Both the position numbers and the translations under genes were made by a program. DNA of 64,000 bases, taken from assembly GCA_031416075.1 (NCBI GenBank), contig JANOSY010000091.1, forward strand, positions 32,001 to 96,000. Direction: 5' to 3'. The notes below the pieces were generated by a model, which saw only the letters and a program-made list of their open reading frames with translations, did not search any database and was not told where the DNA came from. The stretch's first letter is position 1; each line of letters begins with the position of its first letter. Below, piece after piece: positions 9,761 to 18,701 of this stretch. The DNA comes from Candidatus Tenderia sp. GTDB taxonomy: Bacteria; Pseudomonadota; Gammaproteobacteria; Tenderiales; Tenderiaceae.

Positions 9761-10405
9761 ATGAAACAGCGCCGCTATACCACCGTAGATCAACTGATCG
9801 GCAATTTTGATACTGCCGTCCGTACCATTTTTGGCAAGCCAAGGCTAAGTGAACGGGGCGACCCGAGCACCGGGCTTGAGGAGCCAGCCCTGTCAGCAGC
9901 GGAGCGCGCGCTGGCCGCCGGGCTGATGCGGGTCAACCACGCGGGCGAAGTGTCGGCACAGGGGCTGTATGCCGGTCAGGCGCTGACCGCCAGGCTGCCC
10001 GAGGTGCGGGAGAAGATGGAACGTGCCGCGCTGGAGGAGAACGACCATCTGGCCTGGTGTGAAAAGCGGGTGACGGAGCTGGGTGAGGGGGTCAGTATTC
10101 TCAGTCCGCTCTGGTATGTCGGCTCCTTTGGCATTGGCGCGATTGCCGGGATTGCTGGCGATAAGTGGAGCCTGGGGTTTGTTGCCGAGACTGAACATCA
10201 GGTGGTCCGCCATCTTGACAGCCATCTACAGCAACTTCCCGCGCAGGACCGCAAAAGCCGCGCCATTGTGGCGCAGATGCGGGAGGATGAGGCACACCAC
10301 GCCACGGTGGCATTGGAACATGGTGGTGCCGCGCTGCCGGCACCGGTCAAACGGCTGATGGGGCTTACCTCAAAGGTGATGACAACACTGGCGCAGCGGC
10401 TTTAG
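9761..10405 (+). CDS. coq7: Demethoxyubiquinone hydroxylase (di-iron)
   Basis: LMRVNHAGEVSAQGLY; EENDHLAWC; ETEHQV..HL; DEAHH. Confidence 0.95.
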   Translation: MKQRRYTTVDQLIGNFDTAVRTIFGKPRLSERGDPSTGLEEPALSAAERALAAGLMRVNHAGEVSAQGLYAGQALTARLPEVREKMERAALEENDHLAWCEKRVTELGEGVSILSPLWYVGSFGIGAIAGIAGDKWSLGFVAETEHQVVRHLDSHLQQLPAQDRKSRAIVAQMREDEAHHATVALEHGGAALPAPVKRLMGLTSKVMTTLAQRL

Positions 10406-10437
10406 CCCCCCATCCACCATGCCTCTAACCCCATAAT

Positions 10438-10466
10438 AAAAAAAGCCGCTGTTAACAGCGGCTTTT
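10438..10466. terminator. Bidirectional terminator coq7/speD
   Basis: AAAAGCCGCTGTTAACAGCGGCTTTT perfect palindrome. Confidence 0.8.
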
Positions 10467-10481
10467 AATACTGCGTTGCGG

Positions 10482-11294
10482 CTACAGGCCGCGCCGCAGA
10501 TTTCGGCCATAAAATATCTCCGCCATCTCGCGTTGCAACATCTGATCAATGACCGCCACCGTCTCTTCGTCCAGCTCATCCGGATGCAGATCAAAAAGGT
10601 AGTTATCAAGGTCGTACTCTTTCACTAACATCTTGGTGTGAAAGATATTTTCCTGATAAACATTTACATCAAGTGTCTGATACTTATCCTTGGTATCTGA
10701 GGATATGTAGTTCTGGATTGAGGTGATGTCGTGGTCAATAAAGTGTTTTTTGCCCGTCACGTCGCGGGTAAAACCACGCACCCGGTAGTCCATGATGACA
10801 ATATCGGAATCAAAGCTGTGGATCAGGTAGTTAAGCGCCTTCAGTGGCGAAATACGACCACAGGTGGAGACATCGATGTCAACACGGAAGGTGCTGACCC
10901 CCCCTTCCGGGTGGCTCTCCGGGTAGGTGTGCACGGTGATGTGGCTCTTATCCAGATGCGCCACAACCGATTCAGGCAGCGGGCCGGGGGTCTCTGCGTT
11001 AGAGATCGAGTCTGCAGCCACCGGCTCTTCAGAGATTAAGATGGTGACACTGGCCCCCTGGGGATCATAGTCCTGATGGGCAATGTTGAGGATGTTGGCA
11101 CCAATAATATCGGTCACCTTGGTCAAGATTTCGGTTAACCGTTCGGCGTTATAGACCTCATCGATATACTCAATATACTCCTCGTGCTGTTTTGGGGTGA
11201 CCGCGTAACAGATATCGTAGATATTGAAACTGAGTGTCTTGGTAAGATTATTGAAGCCGTGCAGTTTCAACTTTTCAATCTGTTTGATGGACAA
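10482..11294 (-). CDS. speD: S-adenosylmethionine decarboxylase proenzyme
   Basis: [18 protein letters not shown]; [14 protein letters not shown]; DVSTCG. Confidence 0.96.
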   Translation of the reverse strand: MSIKQIEKLKLHGFNNLTKTLSFNIYDICYAVTPKQHEEYIEYIDEVYNAERLTEILTKVTDIIGANILNIAHQDYDPQGASVTILISEEPVAADSISNAETPGPLPESVVAHLDKSHITVHTYPESHPEGGVSTFRVDIDVSTCGRISPLKALNYLIHSFDSDIVIMDYRVRGFTRDVTGKKHFIDHDITSIQNYISSDTKDKYQTLDVNVYQENIFHTKMLVKEYDLDNYLFDLHPDELDEETVAVIDQMLQREMAEIFYGRNLRRGL

Positions 11295-11351
11295 TTGACG
11301 CCCCTCCTTGCTCGTATAAATACAGGCGCGGAATTATCCCCCATCCGCTTC

Positions 11352-11759
11352 TCACATGGAACCCTTATAGACAATCGGGGGGTGATAGATCATCTGCACG
11401 GTATTGGCGGCCGGGTCCAGACAGTAGAAGCTGCGGGCACCATCACGGTGGCTCCGTGGCGCGGTCTTCATGGGCACATCGTGGCCACGCAGAAAGTCAA
11501 ACCAGAGATCAACTTCGGCCTCTTCATCAATAATGAAGCCGATATGGTCAAGCCGCTGATCACCACGAGTGTCAAAACCTGCGGGGGCACGATGCAGCGC
11601 CAGGTTGTCGTTGCCGGAGGTGAGATAGAGGTTGTCACCATCGGGACGCCACTCTACCTTCATCCCCAGTAGCTCAACATAAAATGTCTCACACCCCTCC
11701 AGATCGCTCACAAACAGGGCAACATGGCGCATGCCTGAGGTCGGTTTAGGTCTGATCAT
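11352..11759 (-). CDS. VOC/glyoxalase family protein
   Basis: MRHVAL; LDHIGF; RSFYCLDP.N.VQ. Confidence 0.85.
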   Translation of the reverse strand: MIRPKPTSGMRHVALFVSDLEGCETFYVELLGMKVEWRPDGDNLYLTSGNDNLALHRAPAGFDTRGDQRLDHIGFIIDEEAEVDLWFDFLRGHDVPMKTAPRSHRDGARSFYCLDPAANTVQMIYHPPIVYKGSM

Positions 11760-12184
11760 GCGTCAGACTCCGCCTCACGCACCTCAAAGCCGTGGCTGAT
11801 CTCAACACTTTTACCCAGCATGATCGAGGCAGAACAGTACTTTTCCGCCGACAGCTCCACCGCCCGCTGCACCACACTCTCCTTCAAACCACGCCCCGTC
11901 ACAATGAAGTGCATATGGATTTTGGTGAACACTGCAGGCACGCCATCGGCACGCTCCGCCTCCAGCTCACAGACACAATCGCTCACCGGGTGACGCCCCT
12001 TACGCAGGATGTGAACCACATCATAAGCACTGCATCCGCCCGTTCCTAACAGCAACATCTCCATGGGACGGCAGCCCAGATTACGGCCACCACCATCGGC
12101 CGGACCATCCATGACCACAGCATGGCCACTGCCAGACTCGCCAACAAACATCGCCTCATCTACCCACTTCACACGCGCCTTCAT
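11756..12184 (-). CDS. OsmC/YhfA family protein
   Basis: RPMEMLLLGTGGCSAYDV; LSAEKYCSASIML; divergent from crp as in other gammaproteobacteria. Confidence 0.92.
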   Translation of the reverse strand: MKARVKWVDEAMFVGESGSGHAVVMDGPADGGGRNLGCRPMEMLLLGTGGCSAYDVVHILRKGRHPVSDCVCELEAERADGVPAVFTKIHMHFIVTGRGLKESVVQRAVELSAEKYCSASIMLGKSVEISHGFEVREAESDA

Positions 12185-12228
12185 CTGCTATTCCTTTTTG
12201 CGGCTCTATTAAAAAACCAATGATAACT

Positions 12229-12255
12229 CAAAGCTTGATCGATATTGGCCGATAG
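12229..12255 (+). promoter_or_regulatory. sigma28-like promoter for crp
   Basis: CAAA-gcttgatcgatattg(15)-GCCGATAG, 35 nt before ATG. Confidence 0.5.
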
Positions 12256-12290
12256 ATATCCGTACCGCTCATAGACCCACGGGAAGAGAC

Positions 12291-12950
12291 ATGACGCCGC
12301 TGATCAAGATAAAAATTGAACCAAACCCTGTTATTGATAAATTTTTGTCACACTGCCACCGCCGCAACTACCCCAAAAAGAGCATTATTATCCACGGTGG
12401 CGACACACCAAACTCGCTCTATTACATCACCAAGGGGTCGGTCAGTGTCATTGCCGAGGATGACAGTGGCCATGAAATTGTGCTGGCGTATCTAAATAGT
12501 GGTGCCTTTTTTGGTGAGATGGGACTGTTCAGCCATGGCCCGGAGCGCAGTGCCTGGATTCGTGCCCGTGAGGAGTGTGAGGTGGCGGAGATCAGTTACG
12601 ACCGTTTTCGCCAAGTAGCCACCGCCGAGCCGGAGCTGATCTTCAAACTGGCCTCGCAGATGGCACTGCGGCTGCGACGCACATCCAGCATGGTTACCCG
12701 TCTCGCCTTTATGGATGTCAGCGGCCGGATTGCCCGTACACTGCTGGACCTGACCAGAGAACCGGACGCCATGACCCACCCCAATGGCATGCAGATCCGC
12801 ATCACCCGCCAGGAGCTGGGGCGTATTGTGGGTTGCTCACGGGAGATGGTAGGGCGGGTACTCAAAAGCATGGAGGCTCAAGGGCTGATTACCGCCAAGG
12901 GCAAGACCATTGTGGTCAACGGTGCCCGCCAGGAGCCTATCAAGCCTTAA
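12291..12950 (+). CDS. crp: cAMP receptor protein CRP/Vfr
   Basis: FLSHCHRR.YP; FFGEMGLF; ERSAW; ITRQELGRIVGCSREMVGRVLK HTH. Confidence 0.95.
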   Translation: MTPLIKIKIEPNPVIDKFLSHCHRRNYPKKSIIIHGGDTPNSLYYITKGSVSVIAEDDSGHEIVLAYLNSGAFFGEMGLFSHGPERSAWIRAREECEVAEISYDRFRQVATAEPELIFKLASQMALRLRRTSSMVTRLAFMDVSGRIARTLLDLTREPDAMTHPNGMQIRITRQELGRIVGCSREMVGRVLKSMEAQGLITAKGKTIVVNGARQEPIKP

Positions 12951-14182
12951 AACTGCAGGCCAATCCGGCCCGAAAAGTCCAACCCATCCTGATTGATTGA
13001 CATTCCAACATCTGCCACCGCGCCAAACAGCCCAAAGCCGCTGCCGATCGTCATCATGCTGGTTTTAGTATTGCTGATATTGTGGCGGTAACCACCACGC
13101 AGACGCACATTTTTGGTCAGTGACAGCTCCCCGCCCACGCTCAGGTATTGACTGTTTGCCCCCAGCCCCACGGCCTTGGCCTCGTTAAGATCAAGATCCA
13201 GTGCCGTTGCAAACCATTCGCTACTATGGGTGACGCCCATGCGCGCCTGCGGCTGAATCCTGATAGCCCCGCCTGCCAACGCTGTTGGGTAGCGGTGAGA
13301 GATCAGGTTTTTAACCGCCAGACCACCCCGCCAGCCCCCATCACGCTTTGCGATCACCCCCAGATCGACGTTATAGCTGGGGTAGTGCTGCTGTCCACTC
13401 TGGCCGTCATATGAGGCGTTGACTAGCGACTGCAGTGAGTCAAAGGTGGTCACATCCACATACTTGGGGGTAATGCCCACCTCCAGTGTCTGCCCACGCC
13501 ACTCCACCTCGCGCACCATCGCCAGACCGACCTCGCGAATCATCGCGCCACGGGAGTGCATCCGGCTCAGCATATTACGTCCAGGGCCACTAATGACGAT
13601 ATTAAACACCTCATCGTCCGGCCCTTTTTCCGTTTTGTTCAACCCATCATCTATCAACGCCACAAACCGTGCCCGCTCTTGTGCCACGTTCACCAGGCGG
13701 GCACCGCCCACCGTCTGCTGCTGCACCACCAGGGTCATCGGTCTATCTGGCAGGCTCACCGCCAGCCCCAAACTCACCTCCCGCTCAATGGAGCGAGAAG
13801 CGAAACGGTTCAACTGGGTCACCATGTTCTGTGTCGCTGTTGCCAGATTAGTACGCGGGGTGGATGTGGCTGAGTCAGCTTTAAAGGCGATCAGCGCCGC
13901 CTCAAACAGCGACTCGATCTCGTCACTCTGGTAGTTATCAACCTCATCCTGCAGATTCTGGGGGTCAGAAAACCGCAATACCGCCGCCGCCTCCATCTCC
14001 CGTTGTGGCTGACTCCCTGGCACCAACGCGGGGTTGGTGAACACCGCGCTGGCACTGGGCATCGCCGCCACCCCCGCCCCGCCCATGGCGTTGGCACGGA
14101 CATCAAATGAGATAAACGGCACCGCCTGCGCCTCCACCGAGCACAACAGCAACCCCAGCGCCAACACCCGTTTATGCCCCAT
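12947..14182 (-). CDS. TraF-like (TraF_2 family) outer-membrane beta-barrel, paralog 2
   Basis: DVRANAMGGAGVAA..NPAL; GITPKY; NVDLG; DLDLNE; C-terminal Phe; start moved to 14182 because the 14287 start lies in a terminator. Confidence 0.78.
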   Translation of the reverse strand: MGHKRVLALGLLLCSVEAQAVPFISFDVRANAMGGAGVAAMPSASAVFTNPALVPGSQPQREMEAAAVLRFSDPQNLQDEVDNYQSDEIESLFEAALIAFKADSATSTPRTNLATATQNMVTQLNRFASRSIEREVSLGLAVSLPDRPMTLVVQQQTVGGARLVNVAQERARFVALIDDGLNKTEKGPDDEVFNIVISGPGRNMLSRMHSRGAMIREVGLAMVREVEWRGQTLEVGITPKYVDVTTFDSLQSLVNASYDGQSGQQHYPSYNVDLGVIAKRDGGWRGGLAVKNLISHRYPTALAGGAIRIQPQARMGVTHSSEWFATALDLDLNEAKAVGLGANSQYLSVGGELSLTKNVRLRGGYRHNISNTKTSMMTIGSGFGLFGAVADVGMSINQDGLDFSGRIGLQF

Positions 14183-14270
14183 CCACCCCATGCCCAGATC
14201 CCTGAATCTACTATTGATAGTGTGTTGTGCAGTGTACCCGAAAGCGTTGCCCGACCAGAACCGCATAACG

Positions 14271-14294
14271 AAAAAACCCCGCATCAAGCGGGGT
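14271..14294 (-). terminator. Terminator between the TraF-like paralogs
   Basis: ACCCCGC-N4-GCGGGGT stem plus T-run on the minus strand. Confidence 0.7.
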
Positions 14295-14317
14295 CTGTTT
14301 ACACCATCAAGCCATTA

Positions 14318-15607
14318 CTAGAAGCGAAAACCCAGCTGCACAGCTGCCGCAGTCTCGGACTCATTAGCCGCCGCCGCAATATCAATATGCACGCCAAACG
14401 GTGAGAGTCCCAAGCCAACCGTCGGCATACTGGTGCTGGAGTCACTCATGTTATGACGATACCCCAGGCGCAACTGGACCGACTTAAAGACATTCAACTC
14501 CGCCCCCAAACCGATGTACTGTGTCTCCGCATCAAAACCAAACGATTCACTCTTGTTCAGATCCACGTCCACAGAGACGGTTGTCCACTCGGCAAAGTGC
14601 GCCACCCCTACCCGCGCCTGCGGCGCAATTTTCAGGGTAGCGACCGCCGGAGTGGTCAGGCCGGGGGTCACATATGGCGCGGTATCATACTCATTTGAGA
14701 TCAGGTTTTTGACCACCATGCCAACCTTCCAGCCGTTGGCGTAATCCTTAGCAATACCGATATCCAAATTAAAGTCGTTGTACTCTTTTTTGCCCTGCTC
14801 GGCGTCGATCGAGGCGGTATTGACCCCCATCTTGTAGTCAAACGTACTCACCGATTGGTATTTGGGGGTTATCCCCACCGCAAAACCCTGGCCGACCACC
14901 GTAAACTCCCGCGCCAGTGTCAACCCCACTTCCGCAACAACCGCGCCACGCGCCTGCAGATTTGAGGTGAGCTTTTTTACCACGTCCTGGCCTGCAGCCT
15001 GGTCCATGATGTCCGAGTTGGTGGCCAGCGCAATGGCAGAGTTATTGCCATCAGCAATGATTCCATTCACCAGTGTATTATCGGCGGCTGTCACCTCCAG
15101 CATGCCCCCCCCCACTACCCGTGCGTTGGTGGAGAGTGAGACCCCTAGCTTTTTACTGGGAATCCCCACCACAAAGCCAGCACTAAACTCCCCTTGCGCC
15201 GACTTGTTGGCAAGTTTGTTCAGCTGCGTCCAAAGCGCCCCGGCCTCCACCGCCACTGCGGCGGCATTGCCATCGGTGGGCATCGCACTAAAAGCATTGA
15301 TGGCGGCGGTCAGGTTCGACTCCAGATTGTTATTTTGATAGCTATCAATCTCATCCACCAGGTTGTGCTCATCCATAAACCGCCCGCCGATAATGGGAAG
15401 TTCAAGACTGAAGTCATCATCCTGCTGCGTGGCCGCCAGCAACGCCGGATTCATAAAGGCGGCATTGCCGCTGCTGCCCGCCGCCGTCCCGGTGCCACCC
15501 ATGGAGAGCGAGCGGGGATCAATCGACTGAAAGGGCAGTGCTGCCGCCTGCGCAGAAAACAGTACCAGCAGTGGCACCACACTTTTAAACATTGTTTTAT
15601 GACTCAT
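14318..15607 (-). CDS. TraF-like (TraF_2 family) outer-membrane beta-barrel, paralog 1
   Basis: Signal peptide; DPRSLSMGGTGTA..NPALLA; GITPKY; FNLDIG; GLGLSPFG; ends LGFRF. Confidence 0.82.
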   Translation of the reverse strand: MSHKTMFKSVVPLLVLFSAQAAALPFQSIDPRSLSMGGTGTAAGSSGNAAFMNPALLAATQQDDDFSLELPIIGGRFMDEHNLVDEIDSYQNNNLESNLTAAINAFSAMPTDGNAAAVAVEAGALWTQLNKLANKSAQGEFSAGFVVGIPSKKLGVSLSTNARVVGGGMLEVTAADNTLVNGIIADGNNSAIALATNSDIMDQAAGQDVVKKLTSNLQARGAVVAEVGLTLAREFTVVGQGFAVGITPKYQSVSTFDYKMGVNTASIDAEQGKKEYNDFNLDIGIAKDYANGWKVGMVVKNLISNEYDTAPYVTPGLTTPAVATLKIAPQARVGVAHFAEWTTVSVDVDLNKSESFGFDAETQYIGLGAELNVFKSVQLRLGYRHNMSDSSTSMPTVGLGLSPFGVHIDIAAAANESETAAAVQLGFRF

Positions 15608-15654
15608 GAATATAGTTACCTGATTGATAGCCGTGTCCAGACACATGTACCGGG

Positions 15655-15682
15655 CTATCGGCACCCGGTAGAGCGGCCTTTA
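15655..15682 (-). promoter_or_regulatory. sigma28-like promoter for TraF-like paralog 1
   Basis: TAAA-N16-GCCGATAG between the trpC stop and ATG 15607. Confidence 0.5.
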
Positions 15683-15690
15683 AATCGCCA

Positions 15691-16485
15691 TCAAAAAAAG
15701 AGGATTTTTAGCGCTTCACCCGGCTCAGGGGCGCGCATAAAGGCCTCCCCCACCAGGAAGGCATTGATGTTATGACTCCGCATAAACTCCACATCCGCCG
15801 GGGTATGAATGCCACTCTCTGTTACCACAATCCGGTCACGGGGGATCTGCTGCAGCAGCTCAGTAGTGGTGGTCAGGCGGGTCTCAAAGGTTCGCAGATC
15901 ACGGTTATTGATGCCGATCAATTTCATGGGCAGCTTGAGCGCCCGTGCCAGTTCATGACCATCGTGCACCTCCACCAGCACATCCATCCCTAAGTGGGTC
16001 GCCAGCTGGCTCAACTCCAGCAGCATGGTATCGCCCAGTGCCGCAACAATCAGCAGGATGGCGTCGGCCCCCATCACACGGGCCTCATAAACCTGATAAG
16101 GATCAATAATAAAATCCTTGCGGATCACCGGCAGCCCACACGCACCACGGGCCTGTTTGAGATGCTCTTCATGGCCCTGAAAAAAATCGGCGTCGGTCAG
16201 TACTGAGAGGCAAGCCGCACCCCCTTTTTCATAAGAAACAGCAATCTCGGCGGGACGAAAATTTTCCCGCAGCAACCCCTTGCTGGGTGACGCCTTTTTA
16301 ATCTCAGCAATCACCGCCGCGCTGCCGTCAGCCAGTTTTTTTTCAATGGCCGCAACAAAACCACGGGGCGGTGAAGCGGCCTGTGCCAGTAACATCAGCT
16401 CACGCAGGGGCAGGCTGCTGCTGCGCTCTACTACCTCCTCCACCTTGCGTTGCAGGATCTTTTTCAGGATATCGGACTGGCTCAT
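15691..16485 (-). CDS. trpC: Indole-3-glycerol phosphate synthase
   Basis: [12 protein letters not shown]; LSVLTD; RKDFI; GINNRDL; ESGI. Confidence 0.97.
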   Translation of the reverse strand: MSQSDILKKILQRKVEEVVERSSSLPLRELMLLAQAASPPRGFVAAIEKKLADGSAAVIAEIKKASPSKGLLRENFRPAEIAVSYEKGGAACLSVLTDADFFQGHEEHLKQARGACGLPVIRKDFIIDPYQVYEARVMGADAILLIVAALGDTMLLELSQLATHLGMDVLVEVHDGHELARALKLPMKLIGINNRDLRTFETRLTTTTELLQQIPRDRIVVTESGIHTPADVEFMRSHNINAFLVGEAFMRAPEPGEALKILFF

Positions 16486-17522
16486 GTTATCTGTTTTCCA
16501 GAGAGTTGCTGACTCAGCGCCACCAACGCATCAAGTTTGGCACGGGCCGCCCCTGATGCAATGACCTCAACGGCACGTTGAACACCAGCGGCCAGGGTCT
16601 CGGCAAGCCCCGCTACGTAGATCGCGGCACCGGCATTCAGGACAACGATGTCACGCGCTGGCCCCGCCTGGTTGGCAAACACTGCTTTGATCATCGCCAG
16701 ACTACTCGCCGCCCCGTCTACCGCCAGGGTAGTGATGCTGGCGCGACTCATACCAAACTGTTCGGGCGTGAGGGTATGGCGTATCACCTCCCCCCCCTTC
16801 AACTCAGCCACCTGAGTCGCTGCACCGATACTGATCTCATCCATGCCGTCGTCAGAGTGCACCACCAATACGTGACGGCTGCCAAGCCGCGCCAGCACCT
16901 CGGCCAACGGCATTAGCCAGCGTTCGCTGAATACACCCAGCACCTGATTCGGAGCAGCGGCTGGATTGGTCAGTGGCCCCAGCACATTAAAAAGGGTCCG
17001 CACCCCCATTTCACGCCGCACGCTCGCGGTATATTTCATGGCACCGTGATGTTTAGGCGCGAACATAAAACCAACCCCGATCTGCTCAACACACTGCGCC
17101 ACCTGCGCGGCGGTTAGCTCAAGGCAGACCCCCGCCGCCTCCAGCACATCGGCACTGCCAGACTTGCTTGAGATAGAGCGGTTGCCATGTTTGGCCACCT
17201 GACCGCCGGCCGCCGCCACCACAAAGGCGCTGGCGGTAGAGATATTAAAGGTTGCAGAACCATCCCCACCCGTACCACAGGTATCCACCAGGTGCTGACA
17301 ACCACCCCCTATCTGTACCGGTGTTGCCAACGCCCGCATCACCCCAACGGCGGCGGCAATCTCATCCACCGTCTCGCCCTTCATTCGCAGTCCGATCAGA
17401 AAGCCCCCCATCTGCGCCGGGGTGGCTGCGCCACTCATGATTAAACCCATCACCTCAGCCATCTCCGTGGCACTCAGGTCGTGCCCCTCGGTAACGGCGT
17501 AGATGGCGGCTTGCATATCCAT
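16482..17522 (-). CDS. trpD: Anthranilate phosphoribosyltransferase
   Basis: [14 protein letters not shown]; [17 protein letters not shown]. Confidence 0.97.
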   Translation of the reverse strand: MDMQAAIYAVTEGHDLSATEMAEVMGLIMSGAATPAQMGGFLIGLRMKGETVDEIAAAVGVMRALATPVQIGGGCQHLVDTCGTGGDGSATFNISTASAFVVAAAGGQVAKHGNRSISSKSGSADVLEAAGVCLELTAAQVAQCVEQIGVGFMFAPKHHGAMKYTASVRREMGVRTLFNVLGPLTNPAAAPNQVLGVFSERWLMPLAEVLARLGSRHVLVVHSDDGMDEISIGAATQVAELKGGEVIRHTLTPEQFGMSRASITTLAVDGAASSLAMIKAVFANQAGPARDIVVLNAGAAIYVAGLAETLAAGVQRAVEVIASGAARAKLDALVALSQQLSGKQIT

Positions 17523-17588
17523 AACGTATCCCTTTTGGTGTTTTATATTTTTTTAGAACCTACAACAGCGGCGGGGGCGTGTTCAATC

Positions 17589-17924
17589 TCAGGGCCTTGC
17601 CTCAAGCTCTATGGTCATCACTGCATGTTTCAGGGTGCTACCACGCTCGGCGCGGCAACTGACCTGCGCCGTTGTATCCTCAACACGCCATTCACCTTGT
17701 ACAACAATGCTACGCCCCTCATCCCACCAGGAGGCCGTCCAATTATACGGGGTGATATTTCGCTCTTTAAAATAGTAGGCCGATTTTTTCTTGCACCACA
17801 CCTTGACCACTGCCGAGCTATCAACGTGCTGCTTTTCGTCATCGTCCACATCGGTCGCGACTACTTGAGTCGTGACCACACATAACGACAGGCCAATGGC
17901 CAACCACAATGAGCGATGTATCAT
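17589..17924 (-). CDS. Small secreted hypothetical protein with two Cys
   Basis: Signal peptide; ATGA overlap with the trpG stop. Confidence 0.65.
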   Translation of the reverse strand: MIHRSLWLAIGLSLCVVTTQVVATDVDDDEKQHVDSSAVVKVWCKKKSAYYFKERNITPYNWTASWWDEGRSIVVQGEWRVEDTTAQVSCRAERGSTLKHAVMTIELEARP

Positions 17925-18514
17925 GCGGGCTGCCTGTCCTGTTCCAGAAAGTTACGCAACAATTGGTGGCCATGCTGGGTCAAGATCGATTCAGGATGGA
18001 ACTGCACCCCTTCTAGGGCGAGTGTTCTGTGGCGCACCCCCATGATTTCATCAACACCACCATCAGCCATCTCTGTCCAGGCGGTAATCTCCAGACACTC
18101 AGGCAATGTCTCCCGCTCAATCACCAGCGAGTGGTAACGGGTCGCCTCAAACGGGTTATCCAACCCGTTAAAAACACCGATGTTATTGTGTCTTACTGGC
18201 GATGTCTTACCATGCATGATCTGTTTGGCGTGCACCACCTTGCCGCCAAAGGCTTGGCCAATCGCCTGATGGCCAAGGCAAACCCCCAGGATGGGCAGCT
18301 TACCGGCAAAGTAGTTAATGGCGGCAACTGAAATACCCGCCTCGTTGGGCGTGCATGGCCCGGGGGAGATCACCAGATGTGCGGGGGCCAACCGCTCTAT
18401 CTCTTCGATGGTGATCTGGTCATTACGATGGACCTGCACATCGGCACCCAACTCACCAAAATACTGCACTAGGTTGTAGGTGAAGGAGTCATAGTTATCA
18501 ATCATCAGCAACAT
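17921..18514 (-). CDS. trpG: Anthranilate synthase component II (glutamine amidotransferase)
   Basis: [11 protein letters not shown]; SPGPCTP; GVCLGHQ; QFHPES. Confidence 0.95.
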   Translation of the reverse strand: MLLMIDNYDSFTYNLVQYFGELGADVQVHRNDQITIEEIERLAPAHLVISPGPCTPNEAGISVAAINYFAGKLPILGVCLGHQAIGQAFGGKVVHAKQIMHGKTSPVRHNNIGVFNGLDNPFEATRYHSLVIERETLPECLEITAWTEMADGGVDEIMGVRHRTLALEGVQFHPESILTQHGHQLLRNFLEQDRQPA

Positions 18515-18701
18515 TGTTTATTCACCCCTGGCCAACTAAATTTAGCGGCACATTCTACCATGAAAAATAAAACCGCCACTCCAAAGCCACTATGATCGCC
18601 CGCCCCATTTGGGGGCCATTTGCTCCCCCGCACCACAACTACCCCACTAAAAAAAGCTATGCTACACTCGCCCGCGACATTCAGATGATGATGACTCTTC
18701 A

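Noticed and set aside
12947-15607. Conjugative element suggested by TraF-like genes
   Set aside because: No relaxase, T4SS, integrase or att sites; the genes sit among housekeeping loci.
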